Below, piece after piece: positions 19,482 through 28,495 of a DNA stretch of 64,000 bases. The notes under the pieces are model-generated. The model had not been told where the DNA came from, did not search any database, and saw only the letters and a list, made by a program, of their open reading frames with translations. The translations under genes were made by a program, and so were the position numbers. Position 1 is the stretch's first letter. Every line of letters begins with the position of its first letter. This stretch comes from Acidobacteriota bacterium (GTDB lineage: Bacteria > Acidobacteriota > Vicinamibacteria > Vicinamibacterales > UBA2999), in NCBI GenBank assembly GCA_031376505.1, contig JANMDX010000018.1, positions 24,214 to 88,213 on the forward strand. Reading direction: 5' to 3'.

Positions 19482-20084
19482 ATGGCAATTACGGCAGAAA
19501 TGGTGAAGCAGCTGCGCGAGAAGACCGGCGCAGGCATGATGGACTGCAAGTCGGCCCTGAGCGAAGCCAACGGCGACGCCGAGAAGGCCCTCGAGATTCT
19601 ACGCAAGAAGGGTCAAGCCACCGCGGCCAAGCGCGCCGGCCGGGCCACCAAGGAAGGGGTCGTCGGACACTACATCCACATGGGCGGCAAGGTGGGCGTG
19701 CTCGTGGAAGTGAACTGTGAGACCGACTTCGTCGCGCGCACCGACGGCTTCCAGGCGCTCGCCAAAGAAATCGCGATGCACGTGGCCGCCGCCGATCCGC
19801 GTTTCGTGAGCCGCGACCAGGTGCCCGGGGCGGAGCTCGAGAAGGAAAAGGACATCTATCGTGGCCAATTCGCCGAGTCTGGCAAGCCGGCGCAGGTGAT
19901 CGAGAAGATCGTGGACGGAAAGCTGGGCAGCTTCTTCGCGCAGGTCTGCCTGCTCGAGCAGCCCTCGGTGCGCGACCCCGCGGTGACGATCCAGCAGATG
20001 CTGCAGGCGGCGACCGCAAAGACCGGCGAGAACATCACCGTGTCGCGGTTCGTGCGCTTCAAACTCGGCGAGATCGCCGAGTAG
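19482..20084 (+). CDS. tsf: Elongation factor Ts
   Basis: [30 protein letters not shown] lies 6 nt upstream. The start is trimmed from the track ORF. Confidence 0.95.
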   Translation: MAITAEMVKQLREKTGAGMMDCKSALSEANGDAEKALEILRKKGQATAAKRAGRATKEGVVGHYIHMGGKVGVLVEVNCETDFVARTDGFQALAKEIAMHVAAADPRFVSRDQVPGAELEKEKDIYRGQFAESGKPAQVIEKIVDGKLGSFFAQVCLLEQPSVRDPAVTIQQMLQAATAKTGENITVSRFVRFKLGEIAE

Positions 20085-20093
20085 TCCTGCCGC

Positions 20094-20125
20094 GGCGCGG
20101 CGCCGGTTCGCTCCGGGGCCGCGCC
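20094..20125 (+). terminator. GC-rich hairpin downstream of tsf (possible terminator, no U-tract)
   Basis: GGCGCGGCGCCGG / CCGGGGCCGCGCC form 8+4 bp with one mismatch and a loop of TTCGCT. Confidence 0.3.
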
Positions 20126-20151
20126 CGTCTGACCTATAATGCCCGCCTGAG

Positions 20152-20892
20152 ATGACGCCGCCTGCCACTGCCCCTCCGCCCGCTATGCATTACACCCGCG
20201 TGCTGCTCAAGTTGTCCGGCGAAGCGCTGATGGGCGACAGTCAATACGGCATCGATCCCGATGTCGCCACCCGCATCGCGTCGGAGGTGGCCGACCTGCA
20301 GGCTGCCGGCGTGCAGACCGCGATTGTGATTGGCGGCGGCAATATCTTCCGCGGCGTGGCGGCCAGCGCCAAGGGCATGGATCGCTCCACCGCCGACTAC
20401 ATGGGCATGCTGGCCACGGTGATCAACGCGCTGGCCCTGCAGGACGCGCTCGAGCAACAGGGCGTCGCCACCCGGGTGCTCTCGGCCATCGAAATGCGTG
20501 CGGTCGCCGAGCCCTTCATCCGGCGCCGGGCGATCCGTCACCTCGAGAAGGGCCGCGTCGTCGTCTTTGCGGCTGGCACCGGGAATCCGTACTTCACGAC
20601 CGATACGGCCGCGGCGTTGCGGGCCATGGAAGTCAAGGCTGAAGTCATCCTCAAGGCGACCAAGGTGGACGGCATCTACACGGCCGACCCGGTGAAAGAT
20701 CCGACCGCCACGAGATACGAGCGGATCTCGTACCTGCAGGTGCTGCAAGACCGGCTGCAGGTCATGGATGCCACCGCCATCTCGCTGTGCATGGACAACA
20801 AACTTCCCATCGTGGTCTTCAACCTCCGCACGCCTGGCAACGTCCGGCGCGTGGTGGCCGGCGAGCCCGTGGGCACCACCGTCACGGGATAA
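20152..20892 (+). CDS. pyrH: UMP kinase
   Basis: [11 protein letters not shown] and [10 protein letters not shown] motifs. The true start may be M12 (20185). Confidence 0.95.
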   Translation: MTPPATAPPPAMHYTRVLLKLSGEALMGDSQYGIDPDVATRIASEVADLQAAGVQTAIVIGGGNIFRGVAASAKGMDRSTADYMGMLATVINALALQDALEQQGVATRVLSAIEMRAVAEPFIRRRAIRHLEKGRVVVFAAGTGNPYFTTDTAAALRAMEVKAEVILKATKVDGIYTADPVKDPTATRYERISYLQVLQDRLQVMDATAISLCMDNKLPIVVFNLRTPGNVRRVVAGEPVGTTVTG

Positions 20893-20895
20893 CAC

Positions 20896-21465
20896 ATGGA
20901 CGTCAACGATCTCAAGGAACTCTACGCCGAGGCCAAGAAGCGCATGGACGGCCAGATCGACCACGTACGCCGTGAGATGTCGGGCGTGCGGACGGGCCGC
21001 GCGAGTACGGCCCTGCTCGAAAGCATCGTGGTCGAGGCCTACGGCGCGAAGATGCCGCTCAATCAGGTGGCGGCCATGTCGATTCCCGAGCCCTCGCTCA
21101 TCCTGGCCCAGCCGTTTGACCCAGGCACGATCGGCACCATCGAAAAGGCCATCCGGATGTCCGGCCTCGGGCTCAACCCGGCGAGCGACGGCAAGGTCAT
21201 CCGGATTCCGATTCCCTCCCTCACCGAAGAGCGCCGGAAGGAGCTCTCGAAGCACGTGCACAAGTGCGCGGAAGAAGGCCGCAACCACGTGCGGACGGTG
21301 CGGCGCGACGCCAACGACCGGCTGAAGAAGATGCTGAAGGACAGCCTGATCTCCGAAGACGACGAGAAGCGCGGCCTCGACGAGATCCAGAAGATCACCG
21401 ATCAGGCCATCCGATCCGTCGACGACCTGCAGAAGAAAAAGGACGAAGACTTGCTCGGACGATAG
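20896..21465 (+). CDS. frr: Ribosome recycling factor
   Basis: Full-length Frr-like sequence, 189 aa, 3 nt after pyrH. Confidence 0.95.
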   Translation: MDVNDLKELYAEAKKRMDGQIDHVRREMSGVRTGRASTALLESIVVEAYGAKMPLNQVAAMSIPEPSLILAQPFDPGTIGTIEKAIRMSGLGLNPASDGKVIRIPIPSLTEERRKELSKHVHKCAEEGRNHVRTVRRDANDRLKKMLKDSLISEDDEKRGLDEIQKITDQAIRSVDDLQKKKDEDLLGR

Positions 21466-21470
21466 ACTCC

Positions 21471-22646
21471 ATGTATTTCAGCCACCTCGAATGCAGTGAG
21501 CCGTGCGGCGCAGGTCCGTTCGACGCACACGAGCGACACCACGTGTGCCCCTCGTGCGGCATGCCGCTGCTGGCGCGCTACGACCTGACGCGCGCCCAGG
21601 AGTGGTCGCGTGACAGCCTGACGGGCCGCCCGCCGAACATGTGGCGGTATCGCGAGATGATGCCGCTCTTCCCAGGCGAATCTCCGACCACGCTCGGCGA
21701 GGGTTTTACGCCGCTCCTGCGGACCTGCCGGCTCGGCGATGAGGTCGGACTCAGACGCCTCTACATCAAAGACGAAGCGTTCAACCCCACCAACTCTTTC
21801 AAGGCGCGCGGGCAGTCAGCGGCCATCACCAGGGCCCTGGCGCTCGGCGCCACCACGATTACTCTGCCCACCGCCGGCAACGCCGGCAACGCCGCGGCGG
21901 CGTACGCGGCGGCGGCCGGCATGCACTGCGAAGTCTTCATGCCGCGGGATGCCAAGCAGCCATTCATCGACGAGTGCCAGCTCTACGGCGCCAACATCAC
22001 GCTCGTTGACGGGCTGATTACCGACGCCGGCAAGCTGGCCGGCCAGAAGGCCAAGGAACTCGGCTGGTACGACGTCTCGACGCTGAAGGAGCCGTACCGC
22101 GTCGAAGGCAAGAAGACCATGGGCTACGAGCTGGCCGAGCAGTTCGGTTGGGTCCTGCCCGACTGGATCATCTATCCGACCGGCGGCGGCACGGGCATGG
22201 TGGGCATGTGGAAAGCCTTCGACGAGCTGGAGGCCATCGGTTGGATCGGCCCGAAGCGGCCGAAGATGGTGACCGTGCAGCCGACCGGCTGCGCGCCCAT
22301 CGTGCGCGCGTTCGAACAGGGCGATATCCGGGCGGCCCAGTGGGAGAACCCCGACACCGAAGCGCATGGGTTGCGAGTGCCGCGCGCGATCGGAGACTTC
22401 CTGGTGCTGCGCGCCATTCGTGAAAGCGGCGGCACGGCGCTCGCGGTCACCGACCGGCAGATGGTCGACGACATGCTCCTCATCGGCAGGCTCGAGGGCA
22501 TCTCGGCGGCGCCTGAGGGCGCGGCGGCGTTGTCGGCCGCCCGTGTGCTCTTTGCGTCAGGGCAGATCGCCCGCGATGAGACTGTGGTGCTCTTCAACAC
22601 CGGCGGCGCACTGAAGTACCTCGACGTGCTCCGCTCGGTGAAGTGA
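21471..22646 (+). CDS. thrC: Threonine synthase (PLP-dependent, N-terminal Cys-rich zinc-ribbon type)
   Basis: N-terminal CxxxC...CPSC, a PLP-lysine motif FNPTNSFKARG, and a Trp-synthase-beta fold. The start is trimmed to MYFSHLEC. Confidence 0.78.
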   Translation: MYFSHLECSEPCGAGPFDAHERHHVCPSCGMPLLARYDLTRAQEWSRDSLTGRPPNMWRYREMMPLFPGESPTTLGEGFTPLLRTCRLGDEVGLRRLYIKDEAFNPTNSFKARGQSAAITRALALGATTITLPTAGNAGNAAAAYAAAAGMHCEVFMPRDAKQPFIDECQLYGANITLVDGLITDAGKLAGQKAKELGWYDVSTLKEPYRVEGKKTMGYELAEQFGWVLPDWIIYPTGGGTGMVGMWKAFDELEAIGWIGPKRPKMVTVQPTGCAPIVRAFEQGDIRAAQWENPDTEAHGLRVPRAIGDFLVLRAIRESGGTALAVTDRQMVDDMLLIGRLEGISAAPEGAAALSAARVLFASGQIARDETVVLFNTGGALKYLDVLRSVK

Positions 22647-22674
22647 CTCCCGCCCCGACGCCAACGCCTGCGGG

Positions 22675-23754
22675 TCAGTCGCCGAGCGACACGCCGAGAC
22701 CGCGGGCCGTCGCGAGCAGGTCGTAGTCAAGCGGCACCGTCTTGGTCCGTCCAACCACGTCGGACAGCGGAATGTGCACGATGTCTGGGGGGTTGTTGGC
22801 GACCATGCGTCCAAACACCCCGCGCCGCACGAGTTCGACCGCCTTGGCGCCGAAGCGCGTGGCCAGCACGCGATCAAACGGGGTGGGCGAGCCGCCGCGC
22901 TGCAGGTGCCCAAGCACCACGTGGCGACTTTCCTTCCCCGTCATGTCCCCCAAGGCGACCGCCACCTGTTCGCCGACCCCACCCAGACGCTCCACGACAC
23001 CGGGCCGCGCTTCGGATCTCAGCGTCAGCTTGCCGCCCACGGGCTTGGCGCCTTCGGCGACGACCACGATGCTGAAGCGCGCTCCCCAGGCATCACGTTC
23101 CCGCACCCGCGCCGCGACCTTCTCGAGGTCGTAGGCGATCTCGGGAATCAGAATCACGTCCGCGCCGCCGGCGATGCCGGCGTGCAGCGCGATCCACCCG
23201 GCGTAGCGGCCCATGACCTCGACCACCATGATGCGCCGGTGCGACTGCGCGGTCGTGTGGAGCCGGTCGATGGCGTCCGACGCGAACGACACCGCGGTAT
23301 CGAAGCCAAAGCAACTCGTGGTACCGACGATGTCGTTGTCGATGGTCTTTGGCACGCCCACGACGGGAATGCCCTTCAGATGGAACTGGTGCGCGATGGC
23401 CAACGTGCCGTCACCCCCGATCACGACCAAGGCGTCGAGGCCCATAGCCCCAAACGTCTCGACCACCCGGTCGGAGTAGTCGGCTTTGCCGCCGTCGGTG
23501 GGATACTCGAACGGGTTGCCGCGGTTGGTCGTGCCGAGGATCGTGCCGCCGAGGCGAAGGATGCCCGTGACGTCATGCGGCGTGAGACGGCGCGACCTGT
23601 CCGGGTCGAGCAGGCCATCGAAGCTGTCTTCGAGCCCGATGACTTCCATGCCGGCGTTGCAGCCCGACTTCACCACCGCGCGGATGACCGCGTTCAACCC
23701 GGGCGCGTCGCCGCCGCCAGTGAGCACACCAATTTTGCGGCTGTCTGATGACAT
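22675..23754 (-). CDS. pfkA: 6-phosphofructokinase
   Basis: IGVLTGGGDAPGLNAVIRAVV, VVIGGDGT, GVPKTIDND and MGRYAGW motifs. Phosphoryl donor (ATP versus PPi) is not determined. Confidence 0.9.
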   Translation of the reverse strand: MSSDSRKIGVLTGGGDAPGLNAVIRAVVKSGCNAGMEVIGLEDSFDGLLDPDRSRRLTPHDVTGILRLGGTILGTTNRGNPFEYPTDGGKADYSDRVVETFGAMGLDALVVIGGDGTLAIAHQFHLKGIPVVGVPKTIDNDIVGTTSCFGFDTAVSFASDAIDRLHTTAQSHRRIMVVEVMGRYAGWIALHAGIAGGADVILIPEIAYDLEKVAARVRERDAWGARFSIVVVAEGAKPVGGKLTLRSEARPGVVERLGGVGEQVAVALGDMTGKESRHVVLGHLQRGGSPTPFDRVLATRFGAKAVELVRRGVFGRMVANNPPDIVHIPLSDVVGRTKTVPLDYDLLATARGLGVSLGD

Positions 23755-23815
23755 CGACTACCGAGTATATCGGCGTTCTGCCGCTCGCCCGTGGTCGAGC
23801 AACCCATGCGCTCCG

Positions 23816-25381
23816 TTACCGCGCCTGGGTCACATCGAACAGGCGGGCGTTCGACGGCGTGTCGGCGAGCGGAATCTCTTTGTAGCCCGCTTCGATCGCG
23901 GTGGCCACGTCCGGCTTGTCGTGGCTCAGGTCGTGCCAGTTCGTCACGGCCAGATATCGCGCGCCGAGCGTCGTGCGTAGCCACTCCACTTCACGAACTG
24001 AAATCGATTTCAGATCGAAGCTCCAGCCACGGCGGTGGGCGAAGTACAGGAGCATCGGCGAGTTCACGCCGTACTCGCCATACTCTACCGTCACGATCAG
24101 CCCCTCGGGGGTCGTGGACTGGCGAATGCGATCACCAATCGCCATCACGTCCTCCTGCAGGTTGTCGGGGCGATAGAGATTTCGCTCAACACCGGACCCC
24201 CTGACCCCTTGCACCGCGATCAGCGCCGCAAGCGCCACCAGCGAGCCCGACGCCAGACGGCCAGGGAGTTGGTGGGCGCGCCAGGCCGCATCGAAGATCG
24301 GTCCGGCGGCGACACCGAAGGACAGCAGCAGGGGGGGCAGCAGCGGCAACTGGTGAAACTCGTGCCAGAACTGACCCTCCGCGGCTGCCACAAACAGGGC
24401 AATCCCGCCCACCAGCCAGAGATCCACGACGACGCGCCCCGCCTCCCGGCGCATCCTGAGCCAGCCAAGCAGCGCGCCCATCGCGCCAATCGCGGTGAGA
24501 TGCAGCTGCCAGAAGCGGTCGCCGAGCTCGCGCCAGAATTCAACCGAGGCCAGGCGCGCCGCCGTCGCCCAGTGCGACACGGACGAGAACTGCACCCCAG
24601 GAGCCACGCTGATCGGATAGGTCCCAGACGGCCGGAATACAGCCTGGGTCAGACCCGTCTCCAGGAACACCTGGTCGGCGTGCCAGTACCACCCCGCCGT
24701 CAGCATGAGTGCGGCGATCGCCGCCACCCAGGCGCGACTATCAGCCAGCGCTCGCCATCGCTGGTGGCGCCACGCCACGCCCACGACGGGCGCCAGCACG
24801 AGAATCGCTGGCAGCTTCACGAGCGCCGCCAGTGCCGTGAACAACGACGCCCAGACAGCACGTCCAGTAGAGGGCCGCGCGAAGTAGACGTCCCACGCCC
24901 ACACCGCGGCCACCATGAACGTGAGCATCGGCGTGTCCGACAAGAAGCTCCGGCCGAAGAAGGCAATGCTGGGTGAGACCGCCATCAGCCACGCGCCGCC
25001 CAGGCCCGCCGGTCGGCCGAATAAACGAGCACCGAGGCCAAAGATGCTGACGACTCCCGCCAGAGAGAACAGCGTCGTCACCAGGCGGGCACTCACTGGC
25101 GACTCGCCCGTGACCCGCCACACGATCCCAGTGAGCCAGTGCAGCAGTGGGAACTCCATGCCCACCACGCCGTCGCGGCCGCCCCACGACACTTGTGGTC
25201 GCAAGATGTCGAGCGAGTCCTCGGCAAAGTGCCTCGCGATGTCGGCGTTGGTGACCTGTCGCCAACTATGCGCATCGATGAGCGGTGTAGTGATGTACCA
25301 GAGCCGCAGCGCGAGCGCGACCAGCAGAATCCCGAGCAGCGCGAGGTCGGGCGAGGCTGCTTTCCTGCCGATTGCCGTCAT
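23816..25381 (-). CDS. GT39-family (GT-C fold, PMT/ArnT-like) membrane glycosyltransferase
   Basis: 521-aa polytopic protein with a PMT_2/ArnT-like N-terminal half (LALRLWYITTPLIDAHSWRQ) and a soluble C-terminal domain. The start is trimmed to MTAIGRK (ATG 25381). Confidence 0.78.
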   Translation of the reverse strand: MTAIGRKAASPDLALLGILLVALALRLWYITTPLIDAHSWRQVTNADIARHFAEDSLDILRPQVSWGGRDGVVGMEFPLLHWLTGIVWRVTGESPVSARLVTTLFSLAGVVSIFGLGARLFGRPAGLGGAWLMAVSPSIAFFGRSFLSDTPMLTFMVAAVWAWDVYFARPSTGRAVWASLFTALAALVKLPAILVLAPVVGVAWRHQRWRALADSRAWVAAIAALMLTAGWYWHADQVFLETGLTQAVFRPSGTYPISVAPGVQFSSVSHWATAARLASVEFWRELGDRFWQLHLTAIGAMGALLGWLRMRREAGRVVVDLWLVGGIALFVAAAEGQFWHEFHQLPLLPPLLLSFGVAAGPIFDAAWRAHQLPGRLASGSLVALAALIAVQGVRGSGVERNLYRPDNLQEDVMAIGDRIRQSTTPEGLIVTVEYGEYGVNSPMLLYFAHRRGWSFDLKSISVREVEWLRTTLGARYLAVTNWHDLSHDKPDVATAIEAGYKEIPLADTPSNARLFDVTQAR

Positions 25382-25523
25382 GATGAGGGGCAATCGTAGC
25401 CCACCGACCTGCACGGAGGCCAGAGTGTGTATTCTCGTCAGTTGAGCATCAATTTGCGTCCCTCCGGGTGGATCCGGTGGTCTCTCGCCCCCGATGAACC
25501 GAGTGAAGCGGCAGGTATCGGAT

Positions 25524-25539
25524 TGGCACCGTATTCGCA
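25524..25539 (+). promoter_or_regulatory. Candidate sigma-54 (-24/-12) promoter
   Basis: TGGCAC-cgtat-TCGCA compared with the consensus TGGCAC-N5-TTGCA. GG and GC are separated by 10 nt. It lies about 35 nt upstream of ATG 25574, with GAGGA 6 nt before the ATG. Confidence 0.5.
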
Positions 25540-25573
25540 GGCGGTACACCGATTCGTGTCCCGAGGATTCCAG

Positions 25574-26881
25574 ATGCTGCGAAAGATCACCCACGTCACC
25601 CTACTGATGGCCCTGGTGGCCGTGCCGTCGCTGTCATCCGCGCAGGCGCCTGCCGCGCCGGTGCTGCAGGTCGCCGTCTCTGGCCAGACGGTGTCTGCTA
25701 CGTGGACGGCCGTGGCCGGCGCCACCAGCTACCGGGTCGAAGCCGGGCTCTCGCCCGCCGTGATGCTGGCTGGCTACGAGATGGGCGGGCTGACGACCTT
25801 TTCTATTTCGGCGCCTCAGGGCGTGTACTACCTGCGGGTGCTGGCGCGCAATGCCGGCGGTCTCGGCGCCCCGTCGAATGTCGTGACGGTGAGCGTACTG
25901 TCTGCGCAGGGGCCGCCACCCTCGCCGACGAACTTCGCGGCCAGCGTCAACGGCACAACCGTGACGTTGACGGCGCAGTTGCCCTCGGTGTCACTGACCG
26001 GCCTGCTACTGGTTGGCGGCGGCACGCCTGGGGCCTCGCAGGGCGTGGTGCCGCTGCAGGTATCGGCCCAGAACACCCTGCCGAATGTGCCCCCGGGCAC
26101 CTACTACACGCGGCTCGTCGCGGTGAGCGCGGGCGGTTCGAGCGCCCCGTCAAATGAAGTGCAGATCGTGGTGTCCGCCGCCGCGTGCGTGGCTCCCGCG
26201 ACGCCGGTGCTGAACGCGCAAGTGTCGGGGTCGGCCGTGGTCTTGTCGTGGGGCGCCGTGAGCGGTGCCGCCGGCTACCGCGTGGACGTGGCCACCACGC
26301 CCGGTGGCGCGCCGATAGCGTCGCAGCCCGTGGGCCCGCAGACGACCGCCCTGTCAAACCCGAGCGCGCCAGCGGGAACCTACTATGTCAAGGTCACGGC
26401 CCTTAATGCCTGTGGCCTCGGCGCCACATCGGCCGAGGCCACGGTGGTCATCACGCCGCCGGTCCCAGGGACCAACCGCACGCCGAATCCTCCGGCAGGT
26501 CAGCGGCTTCCTCTGCCAAACAAGGCGGCCGTGGTTGACGAGGTCGCGCGCCTCTATCCTGGCGACCTGCGCAACTCATGCCGCGATAGCGGCGGCAACA
26601 ACGACTGGCTCTTCCGTCTCGTCCAGCGCCTGCGTCAGGAAGACACGCGCTGGGGCCTCAACTGGAAGCGCGGGCGTACCGGCGACATGTCGCAGGACGT
26701 GGTCACCTACAATTGGGGTTCGCTGGCGGACGAAGGCAACCGTGAAATCTACGTCGTTGACGTGATCGGAGGGCACTGCGGTTCGAACCCTGGCGCCTCC
26801 TGGATCAACCAGACCGGTGTGGGCGGCGCCGACGCCGCCTGGACCCTTCAGCCCTTCACTGCTGCCGGCTTCCCGCGCTGA
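25574..26881 (+). CDS. Secreted FN3-like triple-repeat protein with uncharacterised C-terminal domain (paralog A)
   Basis: Signal peptide MLRKITHVTLLMALVAVPSLSSAQA, three ~90-aa FN3-like modules (..SW..V.GA.GYRV.., GTYYV+V.A.NA.G...PSNEV) and a 135-aa Cys-containing C-terminal domain. Confidence 0.8.
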   Translation: MLRKITHVTLLMALVAVPSLSSAQAPAAPVLQVAVSGQTVSATWTAVAGATSYRVEAGLSPAVMLAGYEMGGLTTFSISAPQGVYYLRVLARNAGGLGAPSNVVTVSVLSAQGPPPSPTNFAASVNGTTVTLTAQLPSVSLTGLLLVGGGTPGASQGVVPLQVSAQNTLPNVPPGTYYTRLVAVSAGGSSAPSNEVQIVVSAAACVAPATPVLNAQVSGSAVVLSWGAVSGAAGYRVDVATTPGGAPIASQPVGPQTTALSNPSAPAGTYYVKVTALNACGLGATSAEATVVITPPVPGTNRTPNPPAGQRLPLPNKAAVVDEVARLYPGDLRNSCRDSGGNNDWLFRLVQRLRQEDTRWGLNWKRGRTGDMSQDVVTYNWGSLADEGNREIYVVDVIGGHCGSNPGASWINQTGVGGADAAWTLQPFTAAGFPR

Positions 26882-26934
26882 GCGCGGCCCCACGCGGCCA
26901 TCTCTGCCGCCTGTGGTACACTTCTGCACGACTC

Positions 26935-26958
26935 AACGGGTGCCGAGTGGCACCCGTT
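26935..26958 (+). terminator. Perfect 10-bp hairpin downstream of paralog A
   Basis: AACGGGTGCC-GAGT-GGCACCCGTT, 54 nt after the stop. No U-tract follows. Confidence 0.4.
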
Positions 26959-27066
26959 GCCACGTGATCCCCCAAGATCGTCGGCGGAGATATCGTTGGT
27001 TGCGACCAACGGCCCGGCATGTCAGAAGGCCGGCTCGTTGCTCACTTTCGTGTCAAGGAGACTGCA

Positions 27067-28398
27067 ATGACAGGACGTTTCGTTCGGAGTTTCGCCGCAG
27101 CCGTGGCGCTGCTCATCGGCGCGGGCACAGCCAGTGCCCAGCCCCCAGTCTTGAGCCCGGCCACCGTCAACGGCTCGACCGTGACGTTCAACTGGTCGCC
27201 AACGGCTGGCGCCACCGGTTACCGTCTTGAAGCCGGGATTGCGCCTGCGGTCTATATCGGTAGCCTGACCCTTGGCGCGGTGACCACCTACGTGGCACCT
27301 GGCGTCGGAAACGGCGTCTATTTCGTGCGCCTGGTCGCCCTCACGGCTGGTGGCGACGTGCCGTCCAATGAGATTCGCGTCCAACTCCCCGCGCCCCCCG
27401 CACCCCCGACGAACCTGCAGGTCGTCCGCAACGGCACGGCCATCGTGGCGGCCTGGACGCCAGGCAGCGGCGGCGGCACCGCGACCAGCTACCAGCTCAG
27501 AGTGGGATTGACCGCCGGGGCCACCGACGCGTCGTTTCCGGTCGTGGGCACCACGTTCTCGGCCGGGCCGGTGCCCGCCAACACGTTCTTCTTCCGCGTC
27601 GTGGGCGTGAACGCAGCGGGCGCCAGCACCGAGTCGAACGAAGTGCAGGTCGTCATGCCCGCGGGCGGGGCGTGCGATGCGCCGCCGACGGTGACGTTCA
27701 CGCAGTTCACGTTCAGCTCCTACCTCAGCCTGTCGTGGGCGCCGGTACCCGGCGCGAGCGGGTATCTCGTGAGCGCTACCCAAAATGGCGCCGCCCTGGT
27801 CACCGATCAGCCCTACCCGCCGACGTTCACCAGCATCAGCACGACCGTGCCGCTGGCCACCTACACGATCACGGTGAAGGCGCGGTTCGCGTGTGGCTCG
27901 ACGGGCGCGCCGACTACGGCCACCCTGCTGGTGAATGGAGCGCCGCCCCCAGGGCCGCGCACGCCAGACCCGGCGCCTGGCACGCTTCTGCCGATTCCCG
28001 GCTATGGTCTGTCGGTCGTGAACCAGGTGGCCGCAGCGCGCCGCGACCTGTTGCTGAACTCCTGCAAGGACACCGGCGGCAACAACCGCTTCATGTTTGA
28101 AGTCGTCAAGGAATTGCGCGCGCGCGACAACCGCTGGGGACTGAACTGGAAGCGCGGTAATGTCGGCGACGTGTCCCAGGACATCGTGTCCTACAACCGC
28201 AGTGCGCTGTCTGACGAAGGGGCGACCACGGGTCCCACGAGCTCAACGTTCGCCATCTCGATTTTTGACATGATCGCCGGCCACTGTGGCGGCAATCCAG
28301 GACCGAATTTCGAGGACGTCACGGGCAAGACGATCGAAGGCGGCGCGCGCGCCGTGTGGACGCTCATTCCGTTCATCAACGCGGGCTACACGCCCTAG
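27067..28398 (+). CDS. Secreted FN3-like triple-repeat protein with uncharacterised C-terminal domain (paralog B)
   Basis: AAGGAGA lies 6 nt upstream of the ATG. Signal peptide MTGRFVRSFAAAVALLIGAGTASAQ, three FN3-like modules, and a 147-aa C-terminal domain alignable with that of paralog A. Confidence 0.8.
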   Translation: MTGRFVRSFAAAVALLIGAGTASAQPPVLSPATVNGSTVTFNWSPTAGATGYRLEAGIAPAVYIGSLTLGAVTTYVAPGVGNGVYFVRLVALTAGGDVPSNEIRVQLPAPPAPPTNLQVVRNGTAIVAAWTPGSGGGTATSYQLRVGLTAGATDASFPVVGTTFSAGPVPANTFFFRVVGVNAAGASTESNEVQVVMPAGGACDAPPTVTFTQFTFSSYLSLSWAPVPGASGYLVSATQNGAALVTDQPYPPTFTSISTTVPLATYTITVKARFACGSTGAPTTATLLVNGAPPPGPRTPDPAPGTLLPIPGYGLSVVNQVAAARRDLLLNSCKDTGGNNRFMFEVVKELRARDNRWGLNWKRGNVGDVSQDIVSYNRSALSDEGATTGPTSSTFAISIFDMIAGHCGGNPGPNFEDVTGKTIEGGARAVWTLIPFINAGYTP

Positions 28399-28422
28399 TC
28401 GTCGCAACCGGACACGTGCGAG

Positions 28423-28456
28423 GGGCCGGTGCGACATGCGCCGGCCCTTCCTCTGT
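28423..28456 (+). terminator. Intrinsic terminator-like hairpin downstream of paralog B
   Basis: GGGCCGGTGC-GACAT-GCGCCGGCCC (10 bp, one G.U pair) followed by TTCCTCTGT. Confidence 0.5.
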
Positions 28457-28495
28457 ACACCACCCCGCCCCGTCATCATGCGGCCGACCCGTGGT

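Noticed and set aside
20135-20140. A TATAAT hexamer 11 nt upstream of the pyrH ATG as a promoter.
   Set aside because: No -35 or extended -10 element is present, and it sits right after the tsf hairpin. pyrH may equally be read through from tsf, or may start at M12. The evidence is too weak to call.
22647-22674. A possible bidirectional terminator between the convergent genes thrC and pfk.
   Set aside because: Only a 5-bp stem (CCCGC/GCGGG) with a 16-nt loop is present, and no U-tract. This is not distinguishable from background in GC-rich DNA.
26894-26960. Sigma-54-like strings TGGTACacttcTGCA (about 26894) and TGGCAC inside the 26935-26958 hairpin, upstream of paralog B.
   Set aside because: The GG-to-GC spacing is 9 nt and 8 nt respectively, rather than 10. 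The second is simply one arm of a perfect hairpin.
28286-28495. The N-terminal extension of the metzincin-like ORF as listed in the track (start 28286). The same issue applies to the long upstream extensions of ribBA (to 53155), mpl (to 39643), ldcA (to 40695), cinA (to 58546), thrC (from 21264), lolA (from 31330) and ftcD (from 59998).
   Set aside because: The extensions overlap the preceding gene, a terminator hairpin or the tRNA, and encode Arg-rich junk. Internal starts give family-typical N-termini and canonical 1-4 nt overlaps or short gaps.
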